Part shown: positions 11,824 to 24,038 of the stretch, one piece after another
Layout of the letters: the number at the start of each line of letters is the position of its first letter
Position numbering within the stretch: the first letter of the stretch is position 1
Source: Octopus vulgaris
Taxonomy: Eukaryota
Reading direction: 5' to 3'
NCBI GenBank assembly: GCA_951406725.2
Contig: OX597818.1
Location: 100,936,001 to 101,000,000, forward strand
Length of the DNA stretch: 64,000 nucleotides
Translations under genes and position numbers: made by a program
Notes under the pieces: generated by a model
What the model was told of the DNA's origin: nothing
Seen by the model: only the letters and a program-made list of their open reading frames with translations
The model's database searches: none

Positions 11824-14800
11824 AGCAGTTCCCTTATATATAAATCATTTCAGGGTCGTGGTTTATTTATGTATACACACACCTATCGTATTGTTGTATA
11901 TTGTAGTGATGAGGAACTATCTTGGACACTGAACGTGTTCGGTTGTTATGCTTTGGAAATGTAATGATGAATTTCGATAATTGTGGATTGCAGTTAGGTG
12001 GTTGTATGGTCTGTTAGGGTGTTTTTATTGTTTTTTTTTTTAAATTGTAATTAATGTATGATTGAATAAGTAACGCTCATTCTCATAACACAGACATTTG
12101 AATTAATTGTTTTACAATCCAACTGTCCTTTCACACGGAGTTTGGTCTATATTAAACCATGAACCTGGAGGGAACTGTCACTATATATATAGAAAAAGAG
12201 AATGTTTATACGTCGAAACAATCTTTGGTCCTTTTGATTATTTTAAATAATTGTTTATGCTATACGATATTGTTATATTCATAGTATATTATGTAAAGTT
12301 ATAATATAAATAAATTATATAATTTATCTTTGTAATCGCATTATACCCACAATTATATGGTATTCAACTAACGTCTGAAGTACCAGTGAATTTGGTGTTT
12401 AACACACACCTTCGAAGGAAATATTTTCCTCAGTTTGTTACTTCATATATACATACATACATACACTATACTCACACCTGCATACACGCATAAATAAATA
12501 CACACACATGTGTGTGTCTATATGCATAATATTTTCACGGAGGGTACGCTTTTTGAATCTTCTTCCTGTTCGTTTTCAGAGAATTTGTCTTGTATACTTT
12601 TGGCATTGCGTACATTTTCTCTTCCCATATCCTTTTTTTTTCTATGTAATTTTTCTTGTAATTCGAGCGTTTGATTGAATTCTTATCACCCTATTTTCGT
12701 CAGAGTCATTTGAAATATCTATCTCTGAACATGTTTTCCAATTTCAATCTTTTTCTAAGACATCTGTTCAATTTACTTCCAAGTCCATATCAATCTGGAT
12801 ATGCATATTCCATATTATTGTAGTCAGGAAATTACCATATTACAGAGAGATATTTCGTCTACTGAAAGAAATTTCAATTCCATATTAATTTTTCTCTCCA
12901 TATACATACTGTGTAACAAATAAATAATGAGAGCCTTTTTTTAAGAACTGAGGATTCTATAGAATCAACTTGATATTATACCCTTGTTGCAATATATTGC
13001 ATTTTTATATATCATATCATTTACATTTGATTTACCTAGCGCTATTCGGGTGTTATATTTTTCCTTCAGTCCAGACACTTTCCGTAGTGCGCCTTGTGTA
13101 GCTTGTATTTTCCGTTGCGTTGTATTGGCCATGTATTGTGTTTTCTTTCTATGGCTCTCTTTAGTTTTATATAACTTTTATATCGATTCTGGATTTTTCT
13201 TCAAACTTTAGGGCAATTATTTTATACAGTTCGTTTAGTTTCCCGTTACTTCATTAATTTTTTATATATAAATTTCTTAACTATATTTATATATGTATAT
13301 TTTAGTTGATTGTAAGTTATTTTTGCCAACCAATTTTATTACTTTATAATGTCTGTAAAAGTACATCCAACCTTCCCTCACTGCACGCATGCTAGGTATA
13401 TCGATGAACAATAGACCTGAAATTGTAACAGAATGTTCAGTTTCCAATTTCGTCTGCTGAAGCACACGAATCAACTAAATTCAATATACAAATATGATGC
13501 TGTTTTTTATATATATATATATTACCTCATGTCTTCATTGTTTTTAATTTTAAAAATTTATCTGACTATTGTAGACATCAATATATATTTTTGGTGACTG
13601 ACTAGCATTTGTTTTTTTTTCCTTTTCACAACAGTTTGTGTTCTTTTGATAAATTTTGCACAGTGATATGATCATTTCTAACATTTCCTCTATATATACA
13701 CGATGGCTATATGCTTGGTAAACCATGATAGGAATGAACTTCCATTAGCTCGTTCAAAAACAAACTTTGAGAAATATATAAATGCATTATAAAAAAAGAC
13801 AGAAAGAAAGAGAAGCAACCTTGTCCAAAACAACACTGAATGTTTGGTTTTCACTCTCAACATGATTTTAGCTCAGAATTCATATAGCCGAAAAGAATTC
13901 CCGTTAATATAACCGATGCACCCACGAATCAAATAATCTTAGCTCACTCCCAAACGGATCAAACTATTTCACGTCTTATGAATTAAGACAGAGAGATTGA
14001 ATAGATCGCTGGATCGTAGCGATGTTCTTTTATTTGCGAAATTCCCGTTTTCAACCATATGTGTTTTTAATACAAGTAGATAGTGTACAATGCTAGGTAG
14101 AAAATCTACGTAGTCGATATTTATTCCATGTGTATTTGTTTATATCAAACGGCACACAAGGACAAAGATGCATGTTGTGCAAACTGAATTAATATTGCAT
14201 ATAATTATATTTATTTAAAAATAAATATATTATCATATTTAATTATGTATTATGTTCCATGTCCAAAAAAGCAAATGTGATAAATTAAGTAAGCTTGAAT
14301 TGTTTACATTTAATTTTAGAAATATGTACTATACTTTGAAGTCGTACAAAGGTAGAAAGAGTAGCTTCAATTCGGCCTTGATACAGTTTTGTTGGTAGAG
14401 AAGCGTCAGCCGCGAGAGTAGAATCCTACGTATAGCTGTAATGTAAAATTACGTGCCAGTCTTGCCCTAGTACTGCCTTATAGTCGACTAATTTTTGCGT
14501 CATCAGCATCTGACCTTCTATTATCAAAACCCTTTGCTTTTTGGAGTTGAGAACGAGAGTGTCCACTCTGACACTCACGATGCATTCCAACATGCACACA
14601 AAGAGTTTTCACATGTCATTTGAGGAAATTTTCCAAATGACGATAAGGTATGTTCTATATTCTCTGGAATGAGGTTATTTACATACAGAACATATATCTT
14701 GTAGTGCTCAGTCCTTTTGGCACGGAATTTATGTGATGATGACATGATATAAAAATAGAACGAAGATATTTAATACATAAACACATAATCACATATACAT

Positions 14801-14910
14801 ACATGTATGTATATATATATATATATATATCTGTGTGTATGTGGGCATATATCTATATACATCCATACAACGGCTTCTCTCCCTATCAATGTGTCGCTGC
14901 CTCTCTTCCA

Positions 14911-15200
14911 TCCTCGGGTATCGTATATGGATGTGATCTTTCATTGTTTTTCCCTTATTCCTATGTGAGTTATTTTTCTGAGTATACATTGTCTGGAGAC
15001 TTTTATTTGCAGTTGAAGAAATAGCCAGGTTTTTGGCTGCTATTTCGGAAAAGTTCGGTGTGTGGTAAAGTGAATTCTTTTACTTTACCATATTTTTATA
15101 AATTAATACTTCAAATATACCGTAAATGGTCTTTACATACCGAATACTGCTTGGTCGAATTTATTAATAATTAATGGATTCGCCCCCCATTTTCTCATAA
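14911..15200 (+). repeat. Left 290-bp direct repeat of a non-coding hammerhead element
   Basis: Matches 44558-44847 with one mismatch seen by eye (15183 vs 44830). Confidence 0.95.
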
Positions 15201-15517
15201 CAATATAATGCTTTCTCTCCAAGAATTTAAACTGCAGTTTTTACCTCTGTAGAAATGGAATGCTCTATGACTCACGTGGGCGGACAGGGAGAATAATAGA
15301 TCTCATTCGTATTTTTGGATTCGCTGGGACTGGGTGTTTTTTTTTCGCTCGTGAAATTCGGTAAAAAAGAACAAAAGGCGTTGTTGTTGTTGTGGAAATT
15401 CTGAACGGCGTTGATGCGGTTTCGCGTCTCACTGGTTCTGCGCGTTACACTTTTTCGGTTCGGGAGGCCGTTTTTCGGTCTGAGGCGACTATAAGCCGCC
15501 TCCATCAAGCGGAGGAG

Positions 15518-16866
15518 ATGGAAGGGAGAAATTACTCTGAAATTTCGACGGAAGTATCGACATCTGAGGAGGAGTTGGCGGTGAAAAAGATGGACGGCAC
15601 CTACGCAGGTGTAACGAAGAAGTCAACGGAAAAAGAGATAGACCTGGCTAAGTTGGCGGGCCTCCAGGAGTTTGTGAAGGAGGACGAGAACGGTGAAGTC
15701 GAGCTGCTGCATCCAGTAGGGCGCGGAGACTGGTTCCATCGTAGAACCATTAAATATAAAGTATTTATGAATGGAGGTAGAAAGATGGAAGTAATCAACA
15801 TGGAAGCAATTGAAGAGGCTCTCAAGCAGACAGGAGAGGAAATTGTGTACATGACAAAAGGATTACAATACGGAACCATAACGGTGCAATTTAAAAGCGA
15901 AAAAGCAGCCAGGAATGTAGCAGCCAAGGTGGTGAGTACAGAAAAGATTTACTTGTTACCCTCGTATCTGAATAGGCGGACAACCAGAATTAGGGTGGAG
16001 GGAATACCTCCACACCTAGAGGGCGAATTAATAACGGCTGCGGTTATAAAAGGAAATGAAGATAAAGTGGACATCCTCCACGCCATTATGAAGTATGAAG
16101 GCGTGAGAGGTGCCACACTAGTTATGAACATTCAAACGGAGGCGGATGTTATAGAGAGGATTACGGACAGCATAAAAACTGGAAATATTATTATGAGAGT
16201 GTGGGTGGAGGGTAGGGCGCCCAGGTGCTACAAGTGTGGCCAAAGGGGTCACATAAGAGCCTACTGCCCTCCCCCACCAAAGGAAAAAGAAAAGGAAAGC
16301 GTTGAGGAGGCCTCAGGAGAGGAAGAAAATAAACAGAAACAAACAGAGAAGGAAACGACAGAAGAAGAGGAGATGCAACAAGAGTGGAAAGAAGGGGGAA
16401 CAAAGAGAAAAAAGAAAGAAAAAGAAAAAACTGTGCGAAGCCCCAACCCACCCCAACACCACCCACACCCTCTGAATCCCACCCTTCCCCTACAGACAGT
16501 GAACACACCCGCTCCCCTCCAACAAGAAAACAAAAGAAAAATACAGACAGACAAGAGTTTGAAAATGAACCCAGGCCGAACATTTATATTGTGACCGAAC
16601 AGAAAGAGGTTGAAAGGGTAATGGAGGAGTATGAATGGTATGAAATGGATGGGACCAGATATGCAGTGCTGGAAAAGAAGAATATAGATGAGTTTATGTT
16701 GAGGTGTGAAAGGGTGAATTGGGAGGTGAAAGATATAAGAATGAGCGATGAATTCGTGGAATATATGGAGGACAGTTTCGGAGTAAGAATGGATATGGAT
16801 GGTCTTCGTATTGGGAATGAACATTCAGGTGACAGTGAAAACAAAAGGTCAGGTAAGTGGTGCTAG
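15518..16866 (+). pseudogene. ORF1 copy 1 (type A C-terminus), frameshifted in A-runs
   Basis: ORF split into 15392-16594 and 16384-16866. May be a homopolymer sequencing error. Confidence 0.7.
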
Positions 16867-17227
16867 CGGATGGGGCCGTTGGCACCGCTTTCATATATCA
16901 TTTTCAAAATTCATTTTACTCATATCTATGTAATTGTGATGTTCTATGTCCCCAATGTTTGTAACGTCCTCTCTATGTAGCCCCTAGTGGGTAATAAAGA
17001 AATCAATAGATCTCATTCGTATTTTTGGATTCGCTGGGACTGGGTGTTTTTTTTTCGCTCGTGAAATTCGGTAAAAAAGAACAAAAGGCGTTGTTGTTGT
17101 TGTGGAAATTCTGAACGGCGTTGATGCGGTTTCGCGTCTCACTGGTTCTGCGCGTTACACTTTTTCGGTTCGGGAGGCCGTTTTTCGGTCTGAGGCGACT
17201 ATAAGCCGCCTCCATCAAGCGGAGGAG

Positions 17228-18574
17228 ATGGAAGGGAGAAATTACTCTGAAATTTCGACGGAAGTATCGACATCTGAGGAGGAGTTGGCGGTGAAAAAGA
17301 TGGAAGGCACCTACGCAGGTGTAACGAAGAAGTCAACGGAAAGAGAGATAGACATGGCTAAGTTGGCGGGCCTCCAGGAGTTTGTGAAGGAGGACGAGAA
17401 CGGTGAAGTTGAGCTGCTGCATCCAGTAGGGCGCGGAGACTGGTTCCATCGTAGAACCATTAAATATAAAGTATTTATGAATGGAGGTAGAAAGATGGAA
17501 GTAATCAACATGGAAGCAATTGAAGAGGCTCTCAAGCAGACAGGAGAGGAAATTGTGTACATGACAAAAGGATTACAATACGGAACCATAACGGTGCAAT
17601 TTAAAAGCGAAAAAGCAGCCAGGAATGTAGCAGCCAAGGTGGTGAGTACAGAAAAGATTTACTTGTTACCCTCGTATCTGAATAGGCGGACAACCAGAAT
17701 TAGGGTGGAGGGAATACCTCCACACCTAGAGGGCGAATTAATAACGGCTGCGGTTATAAAAGGAAATGAAGATAAAGTGGACATCCTCCACGCCATTATG
17801 AAGTATGAAGGCGTGAGAGGTGCCACACTAGTTATGAACATTCAAACGGAGGCGGATGTTATAGAGAGGATTACGGACAGCATAAAAACTGGAAATATTA
17901 TTATGAGAGTGTGGGTGGAGGGTAGGGCGCCCAGGTGCTACAAGTGTGGCCAGAGGGGTCACATAAGAGCCTACTGCCCTCCCCCACCAAAGGAAAAAGA
18001 AAAGGAAAGCGTTGAGGAAGCCTCAAGAGAGGAAGAAAATAAACAGAAACAAACAGAGAAGGAAACGACAGAAGAAGAGGAGATGCAACAAGAGTGGAAA
18101 GAAGGGGGAGCAAAGAGAAAAAGAAAGAAAAAGAAAAACTGTGCGAAGCCCCAACCCACCCCAACACCACCCGCACCCTCTGAATCCCACCCTTCCCCTA
18201 CAGACAGTGAACCCACCCGCTCCCCTCCAACAAGAAAACAAAAGAAAAATACAGACAGACAAGAGTTTGAAAATGAACCCAGGCCGAACATTTATATTGT
18301 GACCGAACAGAAAGAGGTTGAAAGGGTAATGGAGGAGTATGAATGGTATGAAATGGATGGGACCAGATATGCAGTGCTGGAAAAGAAGAATATAGATGAG
18401 TTTATGTTGAGGTGTGAGGGGGAGAATTGGGAGGTGAAAGATGTAAGAATGAGCGATGAATTCGTGGAATATATGGAGGACAGTTTCGGAGTAAGAATGG
18501 ATATGGATGGTCTTCGTATTGGGAATGAACATTCAGGTGACAGTGAAAACAAAAGGTCAGGTAAGTGGTGCTAG
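17228..18574 (+). CDS. L1/Tx1-like ORF1 nucleic-acid-binding protein, copy 2 (type A), 448 aa
   Basis: TYAGVTKK motif, RRM-like segments (GTITVQFKSEKAARN; TRIRVEGIPPHL), knuckle CYKCGQRGHIRAYC, acidic/basic linker WKEGGAKRKRKKK. The ATG was chosen by homology with the start of copy 17 (GGAGATGGA). Confidence 0.8.
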   Translation: MEGRNYSEISTEVSTSEEELAVKKMEGTYAGVTKKSTEREIDMAKLAGLQEFVKEDENGEVELLHPVGRGDWFHRRTIKYKVFMNGGRKMEVINMEAIEEALKQTGEEIVYMTKGLQYGTITVQFKSEKAARNVAAKVVSTEKIYLLPSYLNRRTTRIRVEGIPPHLEGELITAAVIKGNEDKVDILHAIMKYEGVRGATLVMNIQTEADVIERITDSIKTGNIIMRVWVEGRAPRCYKCGQRGHIRAYCPPPPKEKEKESVEEASREEENKQKQTEKETTEEEEMQQEWKEGGAKRKRKKKKNCAKPQPTPTPPAPSESHPSPTDSEPTRSPPTRKQKKNTDRQEFENEPRPNIYIVTEQKEVERVMEEYEWYEMDGTRYAVLEKKNIDEFMLRCEGENWEVKDVRMSDEFVEYMEDSFGVRMDMDGLRIGNEHSGDSENKRSGKWC

Positions 18575-18936
18575 CGGATGGGGCCGTTGGCACCGCTTTC
18601 ATATATCATTTACAAAATTCATTTTACTCATATCTATGTAATTGTGATGTTCTATGTCCCCAATGTTTGTAACGTCCCCTCTATGTAGCCCCTAGTGGGT
18701 AATAAAGAAATCAATAGATCTCATTCGTATTTTTGGATTCGCTGGGACTGGGTGTTTTTTTTTTCGCTCGTAAAATTCGGTAAGAAGGAGCAAAAAGCGT
18801 TGTTGTTGTTGTGGAAATTCTGAACGGAGTTGATGCGGTTTCGCGTCTCACTGGTTCTGCGCGTTACACTTTTTCGGTTCGGGAGGCCGTTTTTCGGTCT
18901 GAGGCGACTATGAGCCGCCTACATCAAGCGGAGGAG

Positions 18937-20283
18937 ATGGAAGGGAGAAATTGCTCTGAAATTTCGACGGAAGTGTCGACATCTGAGGAGGAGTTGGCGG
19001 TGAGAGGGATGGAAGGCACCTACGCGGGTGTAACGAGGAAGTCAGCGGAAAGAGAGATAGACCTGGCTAAGTTGGCGGGCCTCCAGGAGTTTGTGAAGGA
19101 GGACGAGAACGGTGAAGTCGAGCTGCTGAATCCAGTAGGGCGCGGAGACTGGTTCCATCGTAGAACCATTAAATATAAAGTATTTATGAATGGAGGTAGA
19201 AAGATGGAAGTAATCAACATGGAAGCAATTGAAGAGGCTCTCAAGCAGACAGGAGAGGAAATTGTGTACATGACAAAAGGACTACAATACGGAACCATAA
19301 CGGTGCAATTTAAAAGCGAAAAAGCAGCCAAGAATGTAGCAGCAAAGGTGGTGAGTACAGAAAAGATTTACTTGTTACCCTCGTATCTGAATAGGCGGAC
19401 AACCAGAATTAGGGTGGAGGGAATACCTCCACACCTAGAGGGCGAATTAATAACGGCTGCGGTTATAAAAGGAAATGAAGATAAAGTGGACATCCTCCAC
19501 GCCATTATGAAGTATGAAGGCGTGAGAGGTGCCACACTAGTTATGAACATTCAAACGGAGGCGGATGTTATAGAGAGGATTACGGACAGCATAAAAACTG
19601 GAAATATTATTATGAGAGTGTGGGTGGAGGGTAGGGCGCCCAGGTGCTACAAGTGTGGCCAGAGGGGTCACATAAGAGCCTACTGCCCTCCCCCACCAAA
19701 GGAAAAAGAAAAGGAAAGCGTTGAGGAAGCCTCAAGAGAGGAAGAAAATAAACAGAAACAAACAGAGAAGGAAACGACAGAAGAAGAGGAGATGCAACAA
19801 GAGTGGAAAGAAGGGGGAACAAAGAGAAAAAGAAAGAAAAAGAAAAACTGTGCGAAGCCCCAACCCACCCCAACACCACCCACACCCTCTGAATCCCACC
19901 CTTCCCCTACAGACAGTGAACCCACCCGCTCCCCTCCAACAAGAAAACAAAAGAAAAATACAGACAGACAAGAGTTTGAAAATGAACCCAGGCCGAACAT
20001 TTATATTGTGACCGAACAGAAAGAGGTTGAAAGGGTAATGGAGGAGTATGAATGGTATGAAATGGATGGGACCAGATATGCAGTGCTGGAAAAGAAGAAT
20101 ATAGATGAGTTTATGTTGAGGTGTGAGGGGGAGAATTGGGAGGTGAAAGATGTAAGAATGAGCGATAAATTCGTGGAATATATGGAGGACAGTTTCGGAG
20201 TAAGAATGGATATGGATGGTCTTCGTATTGGGAATGAACATTCAGGTGACAGTGAAAACAAAAGGTCAGGTAAGTGGTGCTAG
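18937..20283 (+). CDS. ORF1 copy 3 (type A, A-to-G-rich 5' variant)
   Basis: Intact ORF with variant residues NCSE and AVRGMEG...TRKSAE. Confidence 0.8.
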   Translation: MEGRNCSEISTEVSTSEEELAVRGMEGTYAGVTRKSAEREIDLAKLAGLQEFVKEDENGEVELLNPVGRGDWFHRRTIKYKVFMNGGRKMEVINMEAIEEALKQTGEEIVYMTKGLQYGTITVQFKSEKAAKNVAAKVVSTEKIYLLPSYLNRRTTRIRVEGIPPHLEGELITAAVIKGNEDKVDILHAIMKYEGVRGATLVMNIQTEADVIERITDSIKTGNIIMRVWVEGRAPRCYKCGQRGHIRAYCPPPPKEKEKESVEEASREEENKQKQTEKETTEEEEMQQEWKEGGTKRKRKKKKNCAKPQPTPTPPTPSESHPSPTDSEPTRSPPTRKQKKNTDRQEFENEPRPNIYIVTEQKEVERVMEEYEWYEMDGTRYAVLEKKNIDEFMLRCEGENWEVKDVRMSDKFVEYMEDSFGVRMDMDGLRIGNEHSGDSENKRSGKWC

Positions 20284-20644
20284 CGGATGGGGCCGTTGGC
20301 ACCGCTTTCATATATCATTTTCAAAATTCATTTTACTCATATCTATGTAATTGTGATGTTCTATGTCCCCAATGTTTGTAACGTCCCCTCTATGTAGCCC
20401 CTAGTGGGTAATAAAGAAATCAATAGATCTCATTCGTATTTTTGGATTCGCTGGGACTGGGTGTTTTTTTTTCGCTCGTGAAATTCGGTAAAAAAGAACA
20501 AAAGGCGTTGTTGTTGTTGTGGAAATTCTGAACGGCGTTGATGCGGTTTCGCGTCTCACTGGTTCTGCGCGTTACACTTTTTCGGTTCGGGAGGCCGTTT
20601 TTCGGTCTGAGGCGACTATAAGCCGCCTCCATCAAGCGGAGGAG

Positions 20645-21931
20645 ATGGAAGGGAGAAATTACTCTGAAATTTCGACGGAAGTATCGACATCTGAGGAGGA
20701 GTTGGCGGTGAAAAAGATGGAAGGCACCTACGCAGGTGTAACGAAGAAGTCAACGGAAAGAGAGATAGACCTGGCTAAGTTGGCGGGCCTCCAGGAGTTT
20801 GTGAAGGAGGACGAGAACGGTGAAGTTGAGCTGCTGCATCCAGTAGGGCGCGGAGACTGGTTCCATCGTAGAACCATTAAATATAAAGTATTTATGAATG
20901 GAGGTAGAAAGATGGAAGTAATCAACATGGAAGCAATTGAAGAGGCTCTCAAGCAGACAGGAGAGGAAATTGTGTACATGACAAAAGGATTACAATACGG
21001 AACCATAACGGTGCAATTTAAAAGCGAAAAAGCAGCCAGGAATGTAGCAGCCAAGGTGGTGAGTACAGAAAAGATTTACTTGTTACCCTCGTATCTGAAT
21101 AGGCGGACAACCAGAATTAGGGTGGAGGGAATACCTCCACACCTAGAGGGCGAATTAATAACGGCTGCGGTTATAAAAGGAAATGAAGATAAAGTGGACA
21201 TCCTCCACGCCATTATGAAGTATGAAGGCGTGAGAGGTGCCACACTAGTTATGAACATTCAAACGGAGGCGGATGTTATAGAGAGGATTACGGACAGCAT
21301 AAAAACTGGAAATATTATTATGAGAGTGTGGGTGGAGGGTAGGGCGCCCAGGTGCTACAAGTGTGGCCAGAGGGGTCACATAAGAGCCTACTGCCCTCCC
21401 CCACCAAAGGAAAAAGAAACGGAAAGCGTTGAGGAAGCCTCAGGAGAGGAAGAAAATAAACAGAAACAAACAGAGAAGGAAACGACAGAAGAAGAGGAGA
21501 TGCAACAAGAGTGGAAAGAAGGGGGAACAAAGAGAAAAAGAAGGAAAAAGAAAAACTGTGCGAAGCCCCAACCCACCCCGACACCACCCATACCCTTGGA
21601 GTCCCATCCTTCCCCTGCAAACAGTGATTCCACCCACTCCCCGCCTACAAGAAAAACAAAAACAGACACACAGAGCAAAGAAAGTCCCAAGACCCATTTT
21701 TTATGTGTTATACATGGGAAAGACATACAAAACGTTAAAAAACGGGTGTTAACCAAGTGGTACGATCACGAAGATTGTAGCTACACGGCTGTGGATAGTG
21801 ATGATACGGGTATATTGGCGAGAAGGTTTGAGGAAGAGGGTGTGTGTTGGAAGTCAGTGGAAATGAAAGATGAATGGATAGAGATGGCTAAAAGAAAAAC
21901 GAATGTTGTGATAGGAAAAAAGGAATACTAA
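20645..21931 (+). CDS. ORF1 copy 4 (type B C-terminus), 1-nt A-run indel near the end
   Basis: Alternative C-terminus KTHFLCVIHGKDIQ...; ends GKKEY instead of GKKGILIGNG. Confidence 0.7.
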   Translation: MEGRNYSEISTEVSTSEEELAVKKMEGTYAGVTKKSTEREIDLAKLAGLQEFVKEDENGEVELLHPVGRGDWFHRRTIKYKVFMNGGRKMEVINMEAIEEALKQTGEEIVYMTKGLQYGTITVQFKSEKAARNVAAKVVSTEKIYLLPSYLNRRTTRIRVEGIPPHLEGELITAAVIKGNEDKVDILHAIMKYEGVRGATLVMNIQTEADVIERITDSIKTGNIIMRVWVEGRAPRCYKCGQRGHIRAYCPPPPKEKETESVEEASGEEENKQKQTEKETTEEEEMQQEWKEGGTKRKRRKKKNCAKPQPTPTPPIPLESHPSPANSDSTHSPPTRKTKTDTQSKESPKTHFLCVIHGKDIQNVKKRVLTKWYDHEDCSYTAVDSDDTGILARRFEEEGVCWKSVEMKDEWIEMAKRKTNVVIGKKEY

Positions 21932-22328
21932 TTGGAAATGGGTGAAGAAGGACAGACAAGTGATGCTGGCGGATGGGGCCGTCGGTATCACTCTCATATA
22001 TCATTTTCATATTCCATTTTGCTCATATATATGTAATTGTGATGTTCTATGTCCCCAATGTTTGTAACGTCCCCTCTATGTAGCCCCTAGTGGGTAATAA
22101 AGAAATCAATAGATCTCATTCGTATTTTTGGATTCGCTGGGACTGGGTGTTTTTTTCGCTCGTAAAATTCGGTAAAAAGGAGCAAAAAAGCGTTGTTGTT
22201 GTTGTGAAATTCTGAACGGCGTTGATGCGGTTTCGCGTCTCACTGGTTCTGCGCGTTACACTTTTACGGTTCGGGAGGCCGTTTTTCGGTCTGAGGCGAC
22301 TATGAGCCGCCTCCGTCAAGCGGAGGAG

Positions 22329-23676
22329 ATGGAAGGGAGAAATTTACTCTGAAATTTCGACGGAAGTATCGACATCTGAGGAGGAGTTGGCGGTGAAAAA
22401 GATGGACGGCTCCTACGCAGGTGTAACGAAGAAGTCAACGGAAAAAGAGATAGACCTGGCTAAGTTGGCGGGCCTCCAGGAGTTTGTGAAGGAGGACGAG
22501 AACGGTGAAGTCGAGCTGCTGCATCCAGTAGGGCGCGGAGACTGGTTCCATCGTAGAACCATTAAATATAAAGTATTTATGAATGGAGGTAGAAAGATGG
22601 AAGTAATCAACATGGAAGCAATTGAAGAGGCTCTCAAGCAGACAGGAGAGGAAATTGTGTACATGACAAAAGGATTACAATACGGAACCATAACGGTGCA
22701 ATTTAAAAGCGAAAAAGCAGCCAGGAATGTAGCAGCCAAGGTGGTGAGTACAGAAAAGATTTACTTGTTACCCTCGTATCTGAATAGGCGGACAACCAGA
22801 ATTAGGGTGGAGGGAATACCTCCACACCTAGAGGGCGAATTAATAACGGCTGCGGTTATAAAAGGAAATGAAGATAAAGTGGACATCCTCCACGCCATTA
22901 TGAAGTATGAAGGCGTGAGAGGTGCCACACTAGTTATGAACATTCAAACGGAGGCGGATGTTATAGAGAGGATTACGGACAGCATAAAAACTGGAAATAT
23001 TATTATGAGAGTGTGGGTGGAGGGTAGGGCGCCCAGGTGCTACAAGTGTGGCCAAAGGGGTCACATAAGAGCCTACTGCCCTCCCCCACCAAAGGAAAAA
23101 GAAAAGGAAAGCGTTGAGGAGGCCTCAGGAGAGGAAGAAAATAAACAGAAACAAACAGAGAAGGAAACGACAGAAGAAGAGGAGATGCAACAAGAGTGGA
23201 AAGAAGGGGGAACAAAGAGAAAAAGAAAGAAAAAGAAAAACTGTGCGAAGCCCCAACCCACCCCAACACCACCCGCACCCTCTGAATCCCACCCTTCCCC
23301 TACAGACAGTGAACACACCCGCTCCCCTCCAACAAGAAAACAAAAGAAAAATACAGACAGACAAGAGTTTGAAAATGAACCCAGGCCGAACATTTATATT
23401 GTGACCGAACAGAAAGAGGTTGAAAGGGTAATGGAGGAGTATGAATGGTATGAAATGGATGGGACCAGATATGCAGTGCTGGAAAAGAAGAATATAGATG
23501 AGTTTATGTTGAGGTGTGAAAGGGTGAATTGGGAGGTGAAAGATATAAGAATGAGCGATGAATTCGTGGAATATATGGAGGACAGTTTCGGAGTAAGAAT
23601 GGATATGGATGGTCTTCGTATTGGGAATGAACATTCAGGTGACAGTGAAAACAAAAGGTCAGGTAAGTGGTGCTAG
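22329..23676 (+). pseudogene. ORF1 copy 5 (type A), +1 frameshift just after the ATG
   Basis: AGAAATTTACT versus consensus AGAAATTACT. The rest is open (22387-23676). Confidence 0.7.
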
Positions 23677-24038
23677 CGGATGGGGCCGTTGGCACCGCTT
23701 TCATATATCATTTTCAAAATTCATTTTACTCATATCTATGTAATTGTGATGTTCTATGTCCCCAATGTTTGTAACGTCCTCTCTATGTAGCCCCTAGTGG
23801 GTAATAAAGAAATCAATAGATCTCATTCGTATTTTTGGATTCGCTGGGACTGGGTGTTTTTTTTTCGCTCGTGAAATTCGGTAAAAAAAGAACAAAAGGC
23901 GTTGTTGTTGTTGTGGAAATTCTGAACGGCGTTGATGCGGTTTCGCGTCTCACTGGTTCTGCGCGTTACACTTTTTCGGTTCGGGAGGCCGTTTTTCGGT
24001 CTGAGGCGACTATAAGCCGCCTCCATCAAGCGGAGGAG

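Noticed and set aside
15392-15517. GTG-initiated 42-aa N-terminal extension (MEILNGVDAV...) given by the ORF track
   Set aside because: The context is eukaryotic, and the frame is not preserved in copy 17, whose ORF starts at the ATG homologous to 15518.
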